Source: Podarcis vaucheri
Lineage: Eukaryota
DNA: 64,000 nucleotides
Assembly (NCBI GenBank): GCA_965113315.1
Contig: OZ220363.1
Reading direction: 5' to 3' (one strand)
Shown: positions 1 through 12,921 of the stretch, piece after piece
Layout: each line of letters begins with the position of its first letter
How positions within the stretch are numbered: the stretch's first letter is position 1
Notes under the pieces: generated by a model
Told to the model about the DNA's origin: nothing
Seen by the model: only the letters and a program-made list of their open reading frames with translations
The model's database searches: none
Position numbers and translations under genes: made by a program

Positions 1-211
1 ACTGCTGCTATTTTCCCCAGGAGAAGACTATCATTAGCATCAATTGTAGCTTCCTTCCTTGAGAAAATACCAGCCATAGATGGCTATCCACATTGGGACC
101 ATGGCACAGACAAAAGGTTAAATCCCTCTCCTGCTCCCATTCCGGCCCTGCTATGGATGCTGTTCTGTCAACAAAAACAAAAACAAGCACACAAGAGCCA
201 ATCACATAGTA

Positions 212-457
212 CAGTGGTGCCCCGCAAGACGAATGCCTCGCAAGATGAAAAACTCGCTAGACGAAAGGGTTTTTCGGTTTTGCGTTGCTTCGCTAGACGA
301 ATTTCCCTATGGGCTTGCTTCGCAAGACGAAAACGTCTTGCGCTTTTAAAAAAAAAACCGCTTGAAGAGGCGCAGTTGCGACAGACCGTGCTTCGCAAGA
401 CGAAAAACATCGCAAGACGAAAAGACTCGCGGAACGAATTCTTGCGAGGCACCGCTG
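212..457. mobile_element. Tc1/mariner (pogo/Tigger-like) MITE, family A, shortest copy
   Basis: TIRs CAGTGGTGCCCCGCAAG / CTTGCGAGGCACCGCTG, flanked by TA on both sides; repeated CGCAAGACGAA subterminal motifs; homologous to 4746-5074 and 60080-60917. Confidence 0.9.
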
Positions 458-2884
458 TACAGTTTGGTCCTGTGTCTCACAGATTTCAAAATCCAATTAT
501 GATTGGGCTGCAGCAGATTTCCTGACTTTCAGTTTGTATTTCAATATACAAGTAGGAGGTTTGTCCAAGGGAAAACAATGTATAATAAGGTGCAGGCTTT
601 CACTGCACTGAGTGCAGATCACAGCACCAAGCTCAGTCCAGAACTTTTTGTGTCTGCCATGAGATTAGAGCCGTCTGCAGCAAGGCAACTTAAAACGTAC
701 AGTTCTTATGAGCTCACTCACTGTAGACTGTGTACTTACGGAAATAAGCATTGTTAATGAAAGCCTGAGCTCTTTACCCCCCCAAACCTCCCCCCCCCCC
801 ACAAATTCTGCAAAAACGAGAGAATAATTTGTGCAAAATAAGCACTTCAATTTGCAAAATAAGAATTTTATTCAGTTGATACAGGAGCAGTCATTTTTAG
901 GCTATCAAGGAATGCCTTGATACTGAAGAACCAAACCCAAAATGTATGTAATGTGGACGAATTTTTATCAACTCTGAACTGTGCTATCTCCCAACTTCAC
1001 TATAGTCAGGGAACTAAGAAAACATTTTGCAATGTGGTGCTGGACGTAGACATAAAAGCTACACATTACTTGCAAACTCATCTAATAAAGCTCTGACAGT
1101 CTTACAAAAAAAACAACCAGAAACAGCTTTAGAGTGGAATTATTTTGCACAGAAAGCAGGGGGAAATGGATGCTTAACTCTTTCACCACCATCTTTTTTT
1201 AACTGAATTCCTCACTCAACTCAACACAGTATCTCCCTCATGGCATTCCAGTTACACATTTACCTTGCAAAATATGTAATTTATCTTTGTGTGCTTAGCT
1301 TTGCAAAGCATTTAACCAGAACTCCACGGAGGAAGGGAGTGATGTTTAGAAGAGTTAGGAGAGCTGCAGCAGAAAAATATCTAACATGCTTTGAGTTCCA
1401 GAAAAACTCAGCCAACACCAACTGACATGGCTATAGTACTGTACATACATCTTCATGAAAGTAAAAAGCATCACTGTACCAAATAGTCAGTGAACACCTC
1501 AGGATTGAAGTAGCTGGAAGTTGAAATACGTAAATTGGCAAGGAAAGACACTGGATCAGAACGCAAGGCTAGTGATCCTTCCCAACCATAAGAACCAAAG
1601 CACCTGGTTTTGAACCTTTAATGCAAATTGCCTGTATGCGGTGCATTCATTAGCCACTTTTCCTAGAACAGACCCACAGAAATTATAGGACAAACCTGGT
1701 GTACTATGTGTCAACTTCATAATACTGTATATGGATTACTTACACTAACTTGAAGCAATGTTCTGTAGTCTAAAATAAATTGCTCAAAATGCTGCATCAA
1801 GATAATTTCCAAAACCAGGTGATATATATATTTGGTCAGAGGAAAGGTGATCTCATTCCATTTTTTTTTTAATTATTATTATTTTGTAGTGAAACAGTAG
1901 AATCCTAGACACTCAAACTAGATTGAGCTTCAGCCTTTCAGGATTATAAATTTTCTTTAGAAAATTTCCCAATCCACAGCATTGATCAGGACAGCTTAAC
2001 TATATATAGAACAGGTGGTGTAGCTAGGTCTTAGAAAGGAATGCAATAATCAATCAACGATGTGAATCTGCATTTCACATAACACCCTGTATCAGAAGGA
2101 ATTATTAATAATCTCTTAAAGTAAATTATCTTTGTTACAACAGCTAAAGCTTTCCAGTTTCAGAAATGATGGCCTAAAACAGCTGCATGTTCCCAAAATC
2201 ACAAATACAAAGTCATCGTAAAATATGTTGAATAGCTGTATTGTCCATTTCTGCACAGCAAATGCACCTACGGTCAGATACAACAATCAGCTAAAAGCGG
2301 TTTTCAAAACAACGCTCTGGAATTTTTTTCTGGTTATTTCATCATTGCACAAGCCTATTCAATCATGCAGAAGGGAAACCATGAAGAGGGGGTTTGGTTT
2401 CTTTTTTAAAAACTGTATTCTCTAACCCTCCCATCAAACACATATACCCCACATCAAACGGCTTTTTAAAATTTACACAGCTTTTAGAGTTTATTGCAAT
2501 ACAAAATGAGAAGATTGTCTTCTTTTGGGGGGTGAAAGGGGGAACAAGAGCCCTGCCAGGTTACAATTCTAACTACATGTTTATCTGGTGCATGATCAAG
2601 GCTGCTTTTTAAAAGTGATTAATATATTTGCATTGGCATTTAACTTTTGTCCTTTTCTCTATGGTTGAAAAAAACTCACTTTCCATTCTCATTAACAAAG
2701 AGTTCTGCATAACTCAAAGGCTGGCACACCTCACTCAGGGCAACAGGAATTGATGGAATTAAAAAAAAAAACAAAAAACCTTTGCCCCCTTATCAGTTAT
2801 TGAAGAAACATCTAATCTCTTAGAAGTATCTCTCTTCCAACACTCTGAATTCTCACTATGCAATGAATAAAAGACCTGACTCAC

Positions 2885-2939
2885 CTTTGGTCAACATGAG
2901 GTCAAGAGGTGCCTCTTTTGTTTTATAATTTAACTTGTC
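2885..2939 (-). other. Candidate small internal exon of the minus-strand gene
   Basis: Minus strand reads ...ctcctttttccctaatggtttgaag|GACAAG...ACCAAAG|gtgagt: consensus donor, plausible acceptor with CTAAT branch-like motif; 55 nt, one open frame DKLNYKTKEAPLDLMLTK; no homology recognised. Confidence 0.25.
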
Positions 2940-3994
2940 CTTCAAACCATTAGGGAAAAAGGAGCTTATGTAAAAATTGCCCCTTTTAAAGATCGGACAT
3001 CACTAGACAATAGGAAGGAAATCTGGAGTTTTAAGTCTTCACTTAGGTCTTAAAACATGTGAGTGTACACATGTACACACACAAACTGTGCCTACACAAG
3101 TCCTTCTGTTGTCAGTGTGATCTCACAAGCCGTAATACCAAAACATAGCAGGCTGAGCAGGGAACCTTTTGCCTTTGTTGGTTTAAGCTCAGGCTATAAA
3201 CATTATTTTAATGCAGTATTTGTATTTCTTGGGACTAATAGTTCAGCAGTCTTGAAATCCTTTGTCTTCCTGGTTGTAAGAGGAATGCAGCATGCGGCAC
3301 ACGTTCCCCTTACAACAAGGAGGACAAAGGATTCAGTGATCAGGAGACAATTAGTCCCAATTAGGCCTATTTCGCAGCTGAGTGCAAAGGGTGGGGGAAG
3401 GGTGTTCACATTTTCAAGAAATATGTCCCTCTGGCAAGTTCCAGTGAAATCAATAAAGCTACAAGTCTGTTACTAGGCCTGCAGCTCACATACAAAACTG
3501 TGCTGAGTTTTACCAAGCCTCTGACATCTGGAGCTCTTTGAACACTATTCTGTCCAATAAACCATGCAACAAATTTTGGATATTTTTTTTTTTGTTCTCA
3601 CCTAGTTCATAACAGGGATTACCATAACTCTAATAATCCCACACCCACCATCAGTCCAGGGGTAGGTAACATGAACTTTCAGATCACAATTTATACATCC
3701 TACAGGCTAACATTTCAACTCTCCCTTTTTTGTTTTTTGAAAACATTATCACAATAAATGTTGGAAGACTAGCAACAAGTAAAAAGAAGCCCAAATTCTT
3801 ATTTTTCTACTCTCGTGATTACAAAGTCATCACAACTCTGTTATGTTGACCTAATTTTCACTACCAGGAATTAGAAAACAGTAAAATAGGTGCAAAATAT
3901 ACGCCAACTTTGATTTGGATTCCAGAAAGTATGCATAATTGCAAGCAAATTACGCAACTCAATTACAGCAAAATATATGGTTGTTTCACACCTT

Positions 3995-4091
3995 GTTACA
4001 GATGGAAAACTTGTTCAGAATTAAGTGCCACCTTGCTGTTGATATAACAGCAAGGTGGCACTTAATTCTGAACAAGTTTTCCATCTGTAAC
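3995..4091. repeat. Perfect inverted repeat: 46-bp arms, 5-nt loop
   Basis: 3995-4040 GTTACAGATGGAAAACTTGTTCAGAATTAAGTGCCACCTTGCTGTT, loop GATAT, 4046-4091 exact reverse complement. Confidence 0.95.
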
Positions 4092-4745
4092 TTCCACTAC
4101 ATGAAGTTCAAAAATCAATAATAGTACTTACATGTGTACATGGGGAGGCTGGAACCTGCTCTGGTTAATGTTGTAGTGTGTGAACGCCTGGGTTGGATTT
4201 GAGCTGTATTCATCCACAGAAATGGTAACTTTCCCTTGTGAAGGAATTCCATGAGCCATCCTTTCTCTTTATAGACATGAGCAACTTACAACTTTCCAGA
4301 ACAAAAGATGGGAGTGGGCATTGTGTTTCAGCCAACGACAGAAGCCAAATATCTCCTCATGAGCTCTGCAGACTTCTGGAAAAACAGAACAGTACAGAGA
4401 TATTGATCAATTTGTAATGAGGGTTTTGATTTCAGCCTAGCCTGTGATGGTTTCCTATGGAAATATGTATTGATCCATTCCTAATAACACTAGCGTGTAC
4501 AACTAAGAGTAAACTCATTCTCTGAGCCTAGCTCTTAATGTACCTGAAATGACACAATCCACATACAAAAGGGAGGTATCAGCCCATCCGGGGAAACTCT
4601 TTGGTTAGCCAAAGTAAAGAAAAATCTTAAAGACAAAATCCTAAAGGTGGGAGACCTCCAAAAACAACACCCCCTTAAGGGATGCTGGCTGACTGCTGGG
4701 AAGCAGGTATGGAAAGCCGCTGGTGAAGGACAATATAATGGAGTA

Positions 4746-5074
4746 CAGTGGTGCCTCACAAGACGAAAAACTCACTAGACGAAAGGGTTTTGCGGTTTTT
4801 GAGCTGCTTCGCAAGACCAATTTCCCTATGGGCTTGCTTCGCAAGACGAAAACGTCTTGTGTTTTTTGCAAGTTTGTTTCCTTTTTCTTAACACCGTTAA
4901 TACAGTTGCGACTTGACTTCGAGGAGCTACTCATAGAAGTAGCCTTTTTTTAGGTTTTTGGTGATTTTTGAAGCTTTTCCAAAACTTTTCCGACACCGTG
5001 CTTCGCAAGTCGAAAAAACCGCAAGACGAAAACACTCGCGGAATGAATTAATTTCGTCTTGCGAGTCACCACTG
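4746..5074. mobile_element. Tc1/mariner MITE, family A, intermediate copy
   Basis: TA-CAGTGGTGCCTCACAAGACG ... CGTCTTGCGAGTCACCACTG-TA; internal sequence matches the reverse complement of parts of 60080-60917. Confidence 0.9.
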
Positions 5075-5957
5075 TATCTTGGGAAAGGGTATGGCTGGCT
5101 GCTGGAACCCTGAACAGTAGCAGTCCACAGGGCTACATATTGTTTCAGGTTCAACTTGTTATACCCACATGGTATGCTGTCGTCATGCTTAAAGTACTTT
5201 ACGACAGTATTTCTATGACGTTTGGAGGACAACACTGGCACCAAGTCTCCCTCTCCAACAAAGAAGACAGAGTTCTGACACCAGATATGGAGATGCCACT
5301 GCAGAAGCATCTACAGCCCTGGCCCAATCAATGTTGGCGCTCCAGCTTCAGTGGGAACATGGTAAGCGGTGAGCTGGGGAGGTTCAAGGATGTGCCAGGG
5401 AAGGTCTGGGAAATGGCTTAGATCCAAAGTGATTCCACTTCCCTGACATGCAGCCAGGGATTTGGAGACTAACTCAAGAACCTGCAAAACAGACAGCTGT
5501 GCAAGAGTTCTCCTCCAACCACACATCTGCTCTGCACAGTTAAACCACCCTCAGATTACACTTGCACACAGTAATCTTAGGAATTTTAGAAGGCTCAGAG
5601 GACTTTTACTTTAAATTAAAAATATCAACCTCTTCATAAATGCAAAGAAATGTAATTGCAACTGTAAACTCACAAACTTGAACGTCTTTGGTCCAACATT
5701 CTCTCATTCCTACCCCTCCTCCCCTCACACTCTTCCTCCAAACATGCATACAGTTGTTTTGTTGGTTCTCCTAACCCACCATAAAAGACAGCTCATCTAA
5801 CATTTCCATGAAACAAAACAAAAAGATTCACCAACTCATTTATAAGTACTGTTTTTCTTAAATTTAAAAATGATATTTTAGCAGCATTGCAACATATCCA
5901 CGTCCCAAATTTTACAAGGTCAACGCTCAAGCAACAGGGGATATTTTACTCTCAGTA

Positions 5958-6400
5958 GGACATGATGGAGCTGGTACAGGCAGTGCTTTTTTTTCCTGGG
6001 GGGACACAGGGGGACGCATATCCCTAAACATTTTGTGAATTTAAGTTTGGCCTCATTGAGGGGCAGTATTTCAATATGAGTAGGAAAATGAGAGTACCCC
6101 TAAACATTTTTTTAGAAAAAAAACACACTGGATAAAGGTATAGAAAAGGACAACCAAAACGATCAAGTTGTTCAAGCAGTTTCTTGACAAGAAAAGGTTA
6201 AAGAGAATAAGAGTTTTCTTGTTTAGGAAAAAGAAACACTATTGATGTTCACAGGAAAGGAGTTTATAATGTTATGAACAACATAAAAGTAGTTAAGAGG
6301 TGTATTACAATACTAGAATCAGGCTCATTCAAAAATATTCACTGGTCCTGGGGTTAAGGCTTGCCAAAATTATGCATTCTAAATGCAGTGAATAACTAAT
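5958..6400 (+). mobile_element. Old CR1 LINE 3' fragment (interrupted by a MITE)
   Basis: Degenerate nucleotide match to the CR1 ORF2 C-terminal region (ELE.VQKRATKMI..LEQL.Y.ERLK.L..F.L.KRR); edges approximate. Confidence 0.55.
5981..6130. mobile_element. hAT-type MITE
   Basis: TIRs CAGTGCTTTTTTT / AAAAAAACACACTG; imperfect 8-bp TSD GGTACAGG / GATAAAGG (6/8). Confidence 0.7.
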
Positions 6401-7831
6401 GCATGATAGCTGAGGGTGTATTGTTATTGTTTGTTATTATAGTGTACGTTTTTGGGGTTTTATATTGTAAGCTGCCCTGTGATCTTCAGATGAAGGGCTG
6501 TATAGAGGTAAATAAATAAACAGCACATGTATATTCAGAGGCAGTATAGCTCTAAACGCAGAGACAAACAAACAAGGTATAATGATGGTTATGAGTATCC
6601 GTAAGCATCTAGCAACCCATTCATGGTTACAAAATACTGGAAAAGATGGGCCTAGAGATGGTTCATCCATCAGGCCAATCCATATGGTCTAAACTAAAGA
6701 ATGGGAGCTACAGGAGAAAGATTGCTTTCTACTATTGGGTATACACCCTATCATTCCTAAATTTCGTTTCATTATTTAAGCCAGATAAATGTATAAAAAA
6801 GCAGAAATGGACAGTTCTTTATACTCAAAATCAATTATAATTTATTACTGTGAGTTATACACTTCCATTATTTAACATAACCCACATGTTCTAGCCATTT
6901 GCTTTATTCCTTCACTAAATATTGTTCTGGTCAAAAAATTAGTAAATGTCTGCTAGCCCTTTTGAATGTTTCAGCCATGAAGGGGCAACTCAAGTAGGAA
7001 AGAGCTGTGGATATGCCCCTTGAATGTCGTCGTCCTTGCACAGATCCTTTGAGCTTTCCCATGTTCTAGTGTTACTTTTGCATGGGGGGGGGGGGCTTTT
7101 CTACTTGTGAAGGCTAACTAAGAGCTCTGGAAGATCAGGATTCTTTTTTACACTGGAAGTTCCACCAACAGAAAAGTCTCCCCCCCCCACACACACACAC
7201 ACTTGAAGAATTTATACTAGAACACCGGGAAGCAGACAGGATGCATACAATGATAAAGGGCTAAAGGAATAACCCTACAACGCTTTTCTGCTTGTGTTGC
7301 CTCTTCACTGTTGTGGCACCAGAAGAGTTGTGAAGCACTTCTAATCCTTCCATTATGTCAAACTGCTTTCTGCGTTTGAAATCTCTCAAAATAATTCTGA
7401 TTAAGTCTTCATCCCAAAACCCCCTGCTATTCTAATGCACTCTGTGAGCACCTTCATTAAGTCACCAATTTCCCTGTTATTCCCTGGTGAGGTTGATGGA
7501 CTTCCTTCTATTCCCTAACATTGACACAAATGTTTAAATCCAGACTTGCCATTAGAAAAAAGTAGTTACGCAGTCTTCAAGTATGTGCTCATGATAAACT
7601 GCAGGCGAACAGACTGAGCACAAACTTGGAAAGCAAAACTTGTAATTCCCACTCTTAACATTTTAATACCAAAAAGATCTGAAATGGTTCAAGATAGGTT
7701 CTCTCCCCCCCCCCCCCGATTTTGGTCATGATCCACCTTCTAGAGTATGTTTAAATCCAAACAGATAAATTGTTCTGCATTCTCAGGAATACCAAAAAAG
7801 GTAACACTTACATTGCTGTTCCTATAAATTA

Positions 7832-8195
7832 AAGGTAAAGGTAAAGGTACCCCTGCCCGAATGGGCCAGTCTTGACAGACTGTGGGGTTTGTGAGCCCAT
7901 CTCACATTTATTGGCCGGGGGCCAGCGCTGTCCGGGGACACTTCCGGGTCACGTGGCCAGCGTGACATCGCTGCTCTGGCGAGCCAGAGCCGCACACGGA
8001 ACGCCGTTTACCTTCCCGCTGGTAAGCGGTACCTATTTATCTACTTGCACCCAGGGGTGCTTTCGAACTGCTAGGTGGGCAGGCGCTGGGACCGAACAAC
8101 GGGAGCGCACCCCGCCACGGGGATTCGAACCGCCGACCTTTCGATCGGCAAGCCCTAGGCGTTGAGGCTTTAGCCCACAGCGCCACCCGCGTCCC
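7832..8195 (-). mobile_element. Sauria SINE (Squam1), full length
   Basis: tRNA-like head GGGACGCGGGTGGCGCTGTGG...GGTTCGAATCCC on minus strand, (ACCTTT)n tail, perfect 13-bp TSD TTCCTATAAATTA (7819-7831 / 8196-8208). Confidence 0.93.
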
Positions 8196-10542
8196 TTCCT
8201 ATAAATTAGGTGCTTCCTAAAATTGATACAGAAGTATAGAAAACCAGTCTTTGTATTTACAATCAGCTATGCTACATAGCTGATTGCTACATAGCGGTGC
8301 TGCATTGTTTCTAAATAAAAATAGGACTTGCTAGATGTAAAATCAAATATCTGGAGCCTCTACATTGCACCAGTATTAAGATATGAACTGTAAAACCTGG
8401 TTCAGCACAAAATTCCACATAATGCCTTCCAAATGGCAGATGGCCTGCCATAGGCGATTTATTTTATTATTTTACAACCTCAGGCCTACATAGGCTTCCA
8501 TATGTTAAGCAGGTTACGGAACCACACAACTTCCTTTTTCAAGAATCAGGGTATTTCTTCATTTTGCATATCGGAAAAAGCAAGCAGGGAAAGAGCTAAG
8601 ACCCCATCAAGTGGATCTTGACCAAAATCTTTAGTATATTTCGCAGAGGGTATTATTGGTCTTTGTCTCAAATTATTCGCTGGTTATATATATGTATATA
8701 TAGGCATGGAAGACAAAATCGCTACAATTTGCTACATCAAATCTTTGCCCAGTTTGCAGTGTAAGATAACTGCCTACAAATTGTAATGAAGGATCTCCCA
8801 TACCAACTTTGCAGCTGTTTCCTTAATTTCCCCCACAATTATATTTTACTGTTATTTTGCATAACAGTAAAACACAACACCTGCTTCCAATTGCAATTCT
8901 GTTGTGAAGACTGTAATTCTCTTTTGAGATACTAACTATGAAGACAGTGTGCAGTGTGGAACTGCATAATTGCACTGCACTGAAAAGTAAATACAAATGA
9001 AAACATCTTCCTGTTAGAGAAATGACTGTCATTAAAAAGAATGTTAACCCTGAGAGCTTAGGGATTGGGGGAAAAGAACACATTTTGTATTGTTAGAGTT
9101 TTAGTCATTAGTTTTAGGTAGCAGTATTGAAATGGCATGGCCCACCACTTCCTCCCCGCAAAAGCAGATTCTATTGAGTATAACTAATAAACACAATATC
9201 ATTATTTTTCTGGGGTTTTTTTGAAAAGACAAGCAACTATATTTTAATTAATTCAGTGCAGCCAAAAGGCAGTATTTTATATTCTGTAGCCCACAAAATT
9301 CAAGGGGAAAGAAATCAAACTTGCTGAGGAGAATAGTGTATACAGCCCAACCCATGAGGTGTTGTACAATATTCAAAACTTTAGCTATGAGAAAAACATT
9401 GAGCTAACTCAAAGTCAAAGCAGAATATTGGTAGGCAAACAGAAATCCTCATTCAGTTTCTCTAAGATTTTTTAAATTAATTATTTCTTTATTTAAATTT
9501 TCAAGTATGTATACAAAGAAAACACACACAAGCCAATATAAAAGTGAGCAAAATATTACATTTCTAATTCTGGGGGTCTTCTTGTATTAAAACGTGGCAA
9601 ATTTACACCAATGGCTTTTAAAATGTCAATCACTGACTATCAAACTAGTAAATAAAGGTCACATATTATGTCTGAGCAGGCTGATCTTAGTTTCATTTCC
9701 CTTTCATTCTTTTCCAGTGCAAAACAGCTTTCATATTAAAAGTGTCTGATTGTGATCTGCTTTAATGAGGAGCTCTTTGAAGAAAATGTAAGGCAGGACC
9801 CAAGTACTTCAAAACTTTCACTAACAAATTTATTAGCCTCCCTGTGAGGACTATAGTGCTTCCCTCCCATTGACACCAGTCATTAAGAAGATGGTGCATC
9901 CACGGTGGAATAATAAGGGGGGGGGGGTCTACACTGTTAAGCAACTTACAGCTAATTTTAATGCTAGAATTATGCCAACAGAAGAACTAGCAAAGTGCCA
10001 TCTTATATTATGTAATCCTGAAAAACTCAGGGGGCAGCCTGTGAATAATGTAAGCACTGGTTGTGCAGTTGGTATGCTTCCACAATGGATAAATGTCACA
10101 AAGGCATTGAATCTGCTGATTTGATTTGAAGTCCATAAAAGACACAAAAGCAGGGCATTTATATGCACTGTATATAATCATTTTTGTCTCAGAATAATAA
10201 TAAAAAATGGCAAGTATTTCTGGCATTACCAGGTCACCAGTTTTTATAACATTGCTATAAACATGCACATTAAATGAAAGAAAATTAATAATCACACTCA
10301 CAATTTGCACAGATGTAAAGAGAACAAATACTATTTGATGAAGAGAGAACCCACTATTTTACTCCATCATTTGGAATATTAATTCCCATTTACTTTAGAC
10401 TGGCTTTAGTTGAAGCAAGTATGGAAATTCCTTAAGAATTAGAAATAAGGGGGAAGAGTTAAATAAGATACTGATGCTAACACTTCCTTCAAGATTCATA
10501 TTCAATCTTTGCTATCCTCGCTTTGATTAAACTACACTCAAT

Positions 10543-10625
10543 GTGCAATCATTTATTCAGAAGTAAGTTCCACTGTTTTCAGTGGAGCTTACTCTCTGGT
10601 AAGTAAATTCAAGAATTTAAATCCA
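10543..10625. mobile_element. Short palindromic MITE-like repeat (degenerate)
   Basis: CAATC...AGAAGTAAGTTCCACTG..TTCAGTGGAGCTTACTCT hairpin core; related copies near 14142-14225, 32584-32664, 51080-51135, 55675-55772. Confidence 0.55.
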
Positions 10626-12894
10626 TAAAGTCTTCAAGAAGTTACTCATGTAGGTGTCTGTTTAATACTTTCCTATAGCTTCTTCTAGCATAAATTTATC
10701 CAATCACTGCAAACTATATACAAGGCAGAACAAGATCCCTGTTTATACTCAACATTCCAGCAAACAGTGCATATATTTTTAATTTAACTATAACTCATTA
10801 TCCATTCTGCTCCTACTCCAGGTAGGCTTTTTCATTTTCTTTTCCTTTCTGAAGAGGGGTGCATAAAAGTTGTATATCAAATGAATGTTGGAAAGATAAA
10901 ATCTTATCCCCAACACATGACTGATAAATGAAACCAAACCTGTTTTCCATTCATAAAAAAAACCTGATGCCACACATACAGAAAGATGGAGAAAGAGAGA
11001 AAAGAATCCGTGTGGACCCTTTCTTCTTACAGATGAAATCCTTAGAACAAACTCCATCCCTCGGTTGAAATGATCCATTTCCCAAGGCACCTTCAGTTCA
11101 AAGGTGCACAGCAGCAAACAGGAACAATAAAAAACAACAACAACCAGGTACCAGTTTGCACACACTACCTCCTCGTGGCAGTCAGTCCGTGCCCATCTAA
11201 GCGGTGCTGGGCACACTTTCTCCCCCCTTCTCTCTGGGCAACTCTCCCGGAGAGGTGGCAGCACTCCTCTGAATCCACGCTGCGTGTTGGGTCTGCTTCC
11301 TCTCTGCCTCTCTCATTCCCTCTTTCCCCAGTGCTCAGAATGATTGATCACAATCAGCGGCCAATAGCTCTGACACCGCACCATCCTGACTCCCCCTCCC
11401 CTCCTTTTCCCAACGTCACTCATCCCAACCGATCTCCCCCCTTGCCACTCAAGCTGGCATTATAACCTAGCTCAAATGCATTCAAACTCTCCCTCGGAAA
11501 GCTCCACATTTTTACAACTGCTTCATTGTTGTCGTCCGGACCCCCCCCTTCCAGATCCCCCCTTTTTTATGTGCATGGTTAAAGTTTTCATCCTCTTTTC
11601 TCTACAATAGCTGTAACACCACCACCCCCATACAACATACACCGCTTCTTCTCGTTCACATTTCGCACTCAAACTACAATACCTAGCAGGAGGTGGGTTG
11701 CTTTTGGCGGGGGGGGGGGGAGGAGAGGGGAAACTACAAAATCATGCAGCAAGCCGGGTGGGGCGGTAAATTTACAACTCGTGGGTGATTTCATATTTTT
11801 CTTCTTTTCAGCCTCCCCCCCCTCCTTTTTCACCCCACCCCAATAAAATGTCGAAAGGTTTCCAAGTGCCCTTAGGCCTCGGGGGTCATTGATTTCCAAG
11901 CCTGTTGTGAAGCGAGAAGGGGGAGAGAAAGAGAGAAACGGAGCCGCCTTGCATGTGAAAGAGACATGGGGAAACTCCAGCTCTTGAATAGTAAAGAAAC
12001 CCATTTGCAATAGTTACTTTCCCCCCACCCCTCTCCTTTTCTTTTGCCTTGGGAAAGGGGTGGGTAGGTGAGAAAATGCAGAGAAGAAGGAAAAAAGGGG
12101 GGGTATGACAAACACGTTTCTGTCCCCCCCCCGTCCCCACACCTTCCTCCTCCCCGCCAGCCCCACGTTTCAGTTTTTCCACGCTAACTGTACTTTGCAT
12201 TTCACTCCCTCGATCTGCCGCCTCGCCTCGCTCTCTCTCTCTCGCGCAGCACAATGCTCCCTTTGGCCTACCCTCCCCCGGTCGTGCTCTTACATTATAA
12301 CCCCGATCACCCGAGACTCTCTAGTAAACAGCCCGCGAATTAATCTCCGCTGCCAAATCTATTCCCCAGCCGCCGCCGCGCCCCCCCCCCCCCACTCCGC
12401 AAGACAAGAAATTAACGCAAAAGCGGGGAGGGGGGCAGAAGGAGGAGGTGGAGAAAGGTGGGGAGCACTAGAAGCACCGGGGTTGAGGGGGGGGGGTGGA
12501 GAGAGAAAGAGAGGAGGAAGAGAAACAGACACCCGCGCAGAAATTAGCCTTCCTTCTGAAACAACAATTTATAATAAAATCACAATCATAACAATCCAGC
12601 TCTCTGCCCGCGATCGCTTTGGCGAGTGGCAAATCAGCAGCCCGTTTGAATCTGATTATTGTTTGCCCTCTCTGATCCCCTTGTACTTGTACATGACAAG
12701 GCACCTCTAACCCATGGCTTTGTGTTTTGTTATTAGGAATTTTCTCCCTCTCGCTCCCCCTTTCTCTCTCTCTTGGTCCTTCTTCTTCCATCTGATCCCT
12801 CTCTCCCCTTCTCTCTGCTCGGGGCGGATGATTTACCTTCTCTCCCTCTTTTTTTATTTTTCCTGGATGTTGATGTGTGTTCCTAGGGATGCCT

Positions 12895-12921
12895 TCAGTG
12901 CTGGGGAAGGAGCCGATCCAT
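12895..12921 (-). other. Short uORF MDRLLPQH* in the putative first exon
   Basis: ctcATGG context at 12921, TGA at 12897-12895, upstream of the splice donor. Confidence 0.4.

Noticed and set aside
157-525. Arg/Lys-rich ORFs over MITEs (also 4535-5310, 26759-27168, 60441-60726)
   Set aside because: Arise from repeated CGCAAGACGAAAA motifs or palindromes in non-coding MITEs; no transposase motifs
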